Origin: the human T2T-CHM13v2.0 reference genome, Homo sapiens
Length of the DNA: 64,000 nucleotides
Assembly (NCBI RefSeq): GCF_009914755.1
Contig: NC_060933.1
Strand: one strand, 5' to 3'
In this document: piece after piece, positions 57,101-64,000 of the stretch
Layout: each line of letters starts with the position of its first letter
How positions within the stretch are numbered: position 1 is the first letter of the stretch
Made by a program: the position numbers and the translations under genes
The notes under the pieces: generated by a model
Seen by the model: the letters and a program-made list of their open reading frames with translations, nothing else
The model's database searches: none
Told to the model about the DNA's origin: nothing

Positions 57101-60100
57101 AATGGAAAGGAATGGAATGGAATCAACTGGATTGCAATGGAATGGAATTGAATGGAATGGAATGGAATGGAATGGAATGGAAAGGAATGAAAAGGAATGA
57201 AATGGAATGGAATGGAGTGCAATGGAATGGAATCAACCCGAGTGCAATCGAATGGAATCGAATGGAATGGAATGCAATGGAATGGATTCAACTTGAATGG
57301 AATGGAAAGAATGGAATCAACACGAGTGGAATGGCATGCATTGGAATGGAATGGAATGGAATCAACCCGAGTATAGGGGAATGGAATGGAATGGAATGCA
57401 ATGGAATGGAATCATCCGTAATGGAATGGAAAGGAATGGAATGGAATGGAATGGAATGGAATGGAATGGAATGGAATCAACTCGATTGCAATCGAATGGA
57501 ATGGAATGGAATTAACCCGAATAGAATGGAATGGAATGGAATGGAACGGAACGGAACAGAACAGAACGGAACGGAACGGAATGGAATGGAATGGAATGGA
57601 ATGGAATGGAATGGAATGGAATGGAATCAACGCGAGTGCAGGGGAATGGAATGTAATGGAATGTAATGGAATGGAATCTTCCGGAATGGAATGGAATGGA
57701 ATGGAATCAACCCGAGTGCAATGGAATGGAGTGGAATGGAATGGAATGGAATGGAACAACCCGAATGGAATCGAATGAAATGGAGAGTAAGGGAGTTGAA
57801 TACAATCAATCCGAATGTAATGGAATGGAATGGAACGGAATGGAATTGAATGGAATGGAATGGAATGCAATGGAATGGAATCAACCCGAGTGCAATGGAA
57901 TGGAGAGGAATGGAATGGAATGGAGTGGAAACTACCCGAATGGAATGGAATGTAATGAAGTGTAAGGGAATTGAATAGAATCAATCCGAATGGAATGGAA
58001 TGGAATGGAACGGAATGGAATGGAATGGAATGGAATGGAATGGAATGCAATGGAATGGAATCAACCCGAGTGCAATCGAATGGAATCGAATGGAAGGGAA
58101 TGCAATGGAATGGATTCAACTTGAATGGAATGGAAAGAATGGAATCAACACGAGTGGAATGGCATGGATTGGAATGGAATGGAATGGAATCAACCCGAGT
58201 ACAGGGGAATGGAATGGAATGGAATGCAATGGAATGGAATCATCCGTAATGGAATGGAAAGGAATGGAATGGAATGGAATGGAATGGAATGGAATGGAAT
58301 GGAATGGATTGGAATTAACCCGAATAAAATGGAATGGAATGGAATGGAACGGAACGGAATGGAACTGAACGGAATGGAATGGAATGGAATGGAATGGAAT
58401 GGAATGGAATGGAACGGAAAGGAATGGAATGGAATGGAATGTAATGGAATGGAATGGAATCAACGCGAGTGCAGGGGAATGGAATGGAATGGAATGCAAT
58501 GGAATGGAATCTTCCGGAATGGAATGGAATGGAATGGAATGGAATCAACCCGAGTGCAATGGAATGGAGTGGAATGGAATGGAATGATACGGAATAGAAT
58601 GGAATGGAACGAAATGGAATGGAATGGAATGGAATGGAATGGAATGGAATGGAATCGTTCCGAGTGGAATAAGAGGGAACGTATTCGAGTGGAATGGAAA
58701 GCAATGGTATCAACCAGAGTGGAATGGAAGGGAATGGAATGGAATGGAAATTAATAGAATGGAATCAACCCGAGTGGAATGGAATGGAAAGGACTGGAAT
58801 GGAATGGAATGGAATGGAATGGAACGGAAAGGAAGGGAATGGAATGGAATAGAATGGAATGGAATGGAATCAACGCGAGTGCAGGGGAATGGAATGGAAT
58901 GGAATGCAATGGAATGGAATCTTCCGGAATGGAATGGAATGGAATGGAATGGAATGGAATGGAATGGAATCCACCCGAGTGCAATGGAATGGAGTGGAAT
59001 GGAATGGAATGGAATGGAACAACCCAAATGGAATGGAATGTAATGGAGAGTAAGGGAGTTGAATAGAATCAATCCGAATGTAATGGAATGGAATGGAACG
59101 GAATGGAATTGAAAGGAAGGGAATGGAATGCAATGGAATGGAATCAACCCGAGTGCAATGGAATGGAGAGGAATGGAATGGAATGGAATGGAAACTACCC
59201 GAATGGAATGGAATGTAATGGAGTGTAAGGGAATTGAATATAATCAATCCGAATGTAATGGAATGGAATGGAACGGAATGGAATGGAATGGAATGGAATG
59301 GAATGGAATGCAATGGAATGGAATCAACCCGAGTGCAATCCAATGAAATCGAATGGAATGGAATGCAATGGAATGGATTCAACTTGAATGGAATGGAAAG
59401 AATGGAATCAAAACGAGTGGAATGGCATGGATTGGAATGGAATGGAATGGAATCAACCCGAGTACACGGGAATGGAATGGAATGGAATGCAATGGAATGG
59501 AATCATCCGTAATGGAATGGAAAGGAATGGAATGGAATGGAATGGAATGGAATAGAATCAACTCGATTGCAATCGAATGGAATGGAATGGAATTAACCCG
59601 AATAGAATGGAATGGAATGGAATGGAACGGAACGGAACGGAATGGAATGGAATGGAATGGAATGGAACGGAACGGAACGGAGTGGAATGGAACGGAATGG
59701 AACGGAATGGAATCAACGCGAGTGCAGGGGAATGGAATGGAATGAAATGCAATGGAATGGAATCTTCCGGAATGGAATGGAATGGAATGGAATGGAATCA
59801 ACGCGAGTGCAGGGGAATGGAATGGAATGGAATGCAATGGAATGGAATCTTCCGGAATGGAATGGAATGGAATGGAATGCAATGGGATGGAATGGAATAA
59901 ACCCGAGTGCAATGGAATGGAGTGGAATGGAATGGAATGGAATGGAACAACCCGAATGGAATGGAATGTAATGGAGAGTAAGGGAGTTGAATAGAATCAA
60001 TCCGAATGTAATGGAATGGAATGGAACGGAATGGAATTGAATGGAATGGAATGGAAAGCAATGGAATGGAATCAACCCGAGTGCAATGGAATGGAGAGGA

Positions 60101-62683
60101 ATGGAATGGAATGGAATGGAAACTACCCGAATGGAATGGAATATAATGGAGTGTAAGGCAATTGAATAGAATCAATCCGAATGTAATGGAATGGAACGGA
60201 ACGGAATGGAATGGAATGGAATGGAATGGAATGGAATGGAATGGAATGAAATCAACCCGAGTGCAATGGAATGGAATCGAATGGAATGGAATGGATTCAA
60301 CCCGAATGGAATGGAAAGGTATGGAATCAACCCGAGTGGAATGGCATGGAATGGAATGGAATGGAATGGAATGGAATGGAATGGAACGGAACGGAACGGA
60401 ATGGAATGGAGTGGAATGGAATGGAACGGAACGGAACGGAATGGAATGGAATGGAATGGAATGGAATGGAATGGAATCAACGCGAGTGCAGGGGAATGGA
60501 ATGGAATGGAATGCAATGGAATGGAATCTTCCGGAATGGAATGGAATGAAATGCAGTGGATTCAACTCGATTGCAATGGAATGGAATAGAATGGAAAGGA
60601 ATGGAATGGAATGGAATTAATCCGAATAGAATGGAATGGAATGGAATGGAACGGAATGGAACGGAATGGAATGGAATGGCATGGAATGGAATGGTATGGA
60701 ATGGAATGGAATGGTACGGAATAGAATGGAATGGAACGAATTGTAATGGAATGGAATTGAATGGAATGGAATGGAATGGAATGGAATCAACGCGAGTGCA
60801 GGGGAATGTAATGGAACGGAATGCAATGGAATGGAATCATCCGGAATGGAATGGAATGGAATGGAATGGAATGGAATGGAATCAATCCGAGTGCAATGGA
60901 ATGGAGTGGAATGGAATGGAATGGAATGGAACAACCCGAATGGAATGAAATGTAATGGAGAGTAAGGGAGTTGAATAGAATCAATCCGAATGTAATGGAA
61001 TGGAATGCAACGGAATGGAATGGAATGGAATGGAATGGAATGGAATGGAATGGAATGCAAAGGAATGGAATCAACCCGAGTGGAATGGCATGGAATGGAA
61101 TGCAATGGATTGGAATGGAATGGAATCAACTCGAGTGGAAAGGAATGGAATGGAATGGAAAGGAATGGAATGAAGTCAACTCGAGTGGAATGGAATGGAA
61201 TGGAATGGATTGGAATGGATTGCAATGGAATGAAATGGAATGGAATGGAATGGAATCAATCATGGAAGGGAATGTAATGGAGTGGAAAGAAGGGAATGGA
61301 ATCAACCCGAGTGGAATGCAAGGCAATGCAATGGAATGGAAAGGAATGGAATGGAATCAACTCGATAGCAATGGAATGGAATGGAATGGAATGGAATGGA
61401 ATGGAATGGAATGGAATGGAATGGAATGGAATTAACCGGAATACAATGGAATGGAATGGAATGGAACGGAATATAATGGAATGGAAGTGAATGGAATCAA
61501 CACGAGTGCAGGGGAATGGAATGGAATGGAATGCAATGGAATGGAATCATCCGGAATGGAATGGAATGGAATGGAATCAACTCCATTGCAATGGAATGGA
61601 ATGGAATGGAATGGAATAGAATGGAATGGAATTAACCCGAATAGAATGGAATGCAATAGAATGGAATGCAACGGAACCGAATGGAGTGGAATGGAATGGA
61701 ATGGAATCAATCCGAGTGCAGGGGAATGGAATGGAAGCAATGCAATGGAATGGAATCATCCGTAATGGAATGGAATGGAATTGAATGCAAAGCAATGGAA
61801 TCAACTCGATTGCAATGGAATAGAAGGGAATGGAAAGGAATACATTGGAATCAACCCGAGTCGAATGGAATGGAAAGGACTGGAATGGAGTGGAATGGAA
61901 TGGAATGGAATGGAATGGAATCAACTCGATTGGAATGGAATGGAATGGAATGGAATGGAATGGAATGGAATTAACCCGAATAGAATGGAATGGAGTGGAA
62001 TGGAACAGAACGGAACGGAACGGAACGGAACGGAACGGAATGGAATGGAATGGAATGGAATGGAATGGAATCAACCCGACTGCAGGGGAATGGAATGGAA
62101 TGGAATGCAATGGAATGGATTCAACTTGAATGGAATGGAAAGAATGGAATCAACACGAGTGGAATGGCATGGATTGGAATGGAATGGAATGGAATCAACC
62201 CGAGTACAGGGGAATGGAATGGAATGGAATGCAGTGGAATGGAATCATCCGTAATGGAATGGAAAGGAATGGAATGGAATGGAATGGAATGGAATGGAAT
62301 GGAATCAACTCGATTGCAATCGAATGGAATGGAATGGAATCAACCCGAGTGCAATCGAATGGAATCGAATGGAATGGAATGCAATGGAATGGATTCAACT
62401 TGAATGGAATGGAAAGAATGGAATCAACACGAGTGGAAGGGCATGGATTGGAATGCAATGGAATGGAATCAACCCGAGTACAGGGGAATGGAATGGAATG
62501 GAATGCAATGGAATTTAATCATCCGTAATGGAATGGAAAGGAATGGAATGGAATGGAATGGAATGGAATGGAATGGAATCAACACGATTGCAATCGAATG
62601 GAATGGAATGGAATTAACCCGAATAGAATGGAATGGAATGGAATGGAATGGAACGGAATGGAATGGAATGGAATGGAATGGAA
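45167..62683 (+). repeat. Large tandem duplication, copy 2
   Basis: Same sequence as 27634-45150 at +17533. After 62683 it continues TCAACGCGAGTGTAGG, which differs from both the junction and the start of the unit, so there is no third copy here. Confidence 0.95.
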
Positions 62684-64000
62684 TCAACGCGAGTGTAGGG
62701 GAATGGAATGGAATGGAATGCAATGGAATGGAATCTTCCGGAATGGAATGGAATGGAATGGAATGGAATGAAATGCAATGGATTCAACTTGATTGCAATG
62801 GAATGTAATAGAATGGAATGGAATGGAATGGAATGGAATTAACCCGAATAGAATGGAATGGAATGGAATGGAACGGAATGGAACGGAATGGAATGCAATG
62901 GAATGGAATGGAATGGAATGGAATGGTATGGAATGGAATGGAATGGTACGGAATAGAATGGAATGGAACGAATTGTAATGGAATGGAATTGAATGGAATG
63001 GAATGGAATGGAATGGAATCAACGCGAGTGCAGGGGAATGTAATGGAACGGAATGCAATGGAATGGAATCATCCAGAATGGAATGGAATGGAATGGAATG
63101 GAATGGAATCAACCCGAGTGCATTGGAATGGAGTGGAATGGAATGGAATGGAATGGAACAACCCGAATGGAATGGAATGTAATGGAGAGTAAGGGAGTTG
63201 AATAGAATCAATCCGAATGTAATGGAATGGAATGCAACGGAATGGAATGGAATGGAATGCAATGGAATGCAATCAACCCGAGTTCAATGGAATGGAATGG
63301 AATGGAATGGAATGGAATGGAATGGAATGGAATGCCTTCAAACCGAATGGAATGGAAAGGAATGGAATCAACACGAGTGGAATGGAATGGAATGGAATGG
63401 AATGGAATGATACGGAATAGAATGGAATGGAACGAAATGGAATGGAATGGAATGGAATGGAATGGAATCGTTCCGAGTGGAATAGGAGGGAATGTATTCG
63501 AGTGGAATGGAAAGGAATGGAATCAACCAGAGTGGAATGGAAGGGAATGGAATGGAATGGAAACTAATAGAATGGAATCAACCCGAGTGGAATGGAATGG
63601 AAAGGACTGGAATGGAATGGAATGGAATGGAATGGAATGGAATCAACTCGATTGTAATGGAATGGAATGAAATGGAATGGAATGGAATGGAATGAAATGG
63701 AATGGAATTAACCCGAATACAATGGAATGGAATGGAATGGAACGGAATGGAGTGGAATGGAATGGAATCAACCCGAGTGCAGGGGAAGGGAATGGAAGCA
63801 ATGCAATGGAATGGAATCATCCGGAATGGAATGGAATGGAATTGAATGCAAAGCAATGGAATCAACTCGATTGCAATGGAATAGAATGGAATGGAAAGGA
63901 ATACATTGGAATCAACCCGAGTCGAATGGAATGGAAAGGACTGGAATGGAGTGGAATGGAATGGAATGGAATGGAATGGAATCAACTCGATTGGAATGGA

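Larger units (their letters stand above)
1..64000 (+). repeat. Satellite III (HSat3) array, (GGAAT)n with interspersed CAACCCGAGT-type decamers; G-rich strand on +
   Basis: GGAAT pentamer dominates every line. It is interrupted every ~50-150 bp by CAACCCGAGT, CAACTCGATT, TAACCCGAAT, CAACGCGAGT or CAACACGAGT (reverse complement of the consensus is ACTCGGGTTG), the established diagnostic of Satellite III as opposed to HSat2. No strand switch and no non-satellite sequence seen. Confidence 0.98.

Noticed and set aside
200-63985. Hundreds of ORFs on both strands, up to 371 aa (e.g. 18016..19131 -, 27232..28266 +)
   Set aside because: (GGAAT)n has no stop codon in any frame and translates to MEWNG/IPFHS repeats. 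The ORFs overlap in all frames and show no domain-like content, so they are artefacts.
1-64000. Repeat-spacer appearance resembling a CRISPR array
   Set aside because: The 'spacers' are degenerate pentamers reused many times at variable spacing, with no unique spacers and no cas genes.
1-64000. Telomeric repeat, HSat2, or assignment to a specific chromosome or HSat3 subfamily
   Set aside because: There are no TTAGGG arrays, and the CATTCGATTC/GATGATTCC-rich pattern of HSat2 is not evident. A specific subfamily or chromosome call needs k-mer comparison that I cannot run.
1-64000. Inversion or embedded transposon (Alu/L1) insertion
   Set aside because: No (ATTCC)n stretch, poly-A tail or non-satellite segment was seen anywhere on the + strand.

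Overview
The whole 64 kb window is one uninterrupted, single-orientation array of classical Satellite III (HSat3-type) DNA: (GGAAT)n pentamer runs punctuated by the diagnostic CAAC(C/T/A/G)CGA(G/A/T)T decamers. This points to human or great-ape pericentromeric or acrocentric heterochromatin; the chromosome cannot be fixed by eye. I see no genes, transposons or unique sequence, and every ORF in the track is a translation artefact of the stop-free pentamer (MEWNG/IPFHS). The structure lies in the repeat itself. (1) There is an apparently perfect 17,533-bp-period tandem duplication (27634-45150 = 45167-62683), with a 16-bp junction that matches neither flank. (2) A small set of recurring variant modules is joined in a branching order rather than a fixed higher-order repeat. 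(3) Older duplications from 60 bp to several kb are nested throughout. (4) Roughly 45-50 perfect three-unit heat-shock elements (GAAnnTTCnnGAA) are created by the CTTCC variant. (5) A 12-bp deletion removes most of a hairpin in a rare module. All counts and alignments were made by eye or from the ORF track and need computational confirmation. I do not see evidence for a novel coding system.
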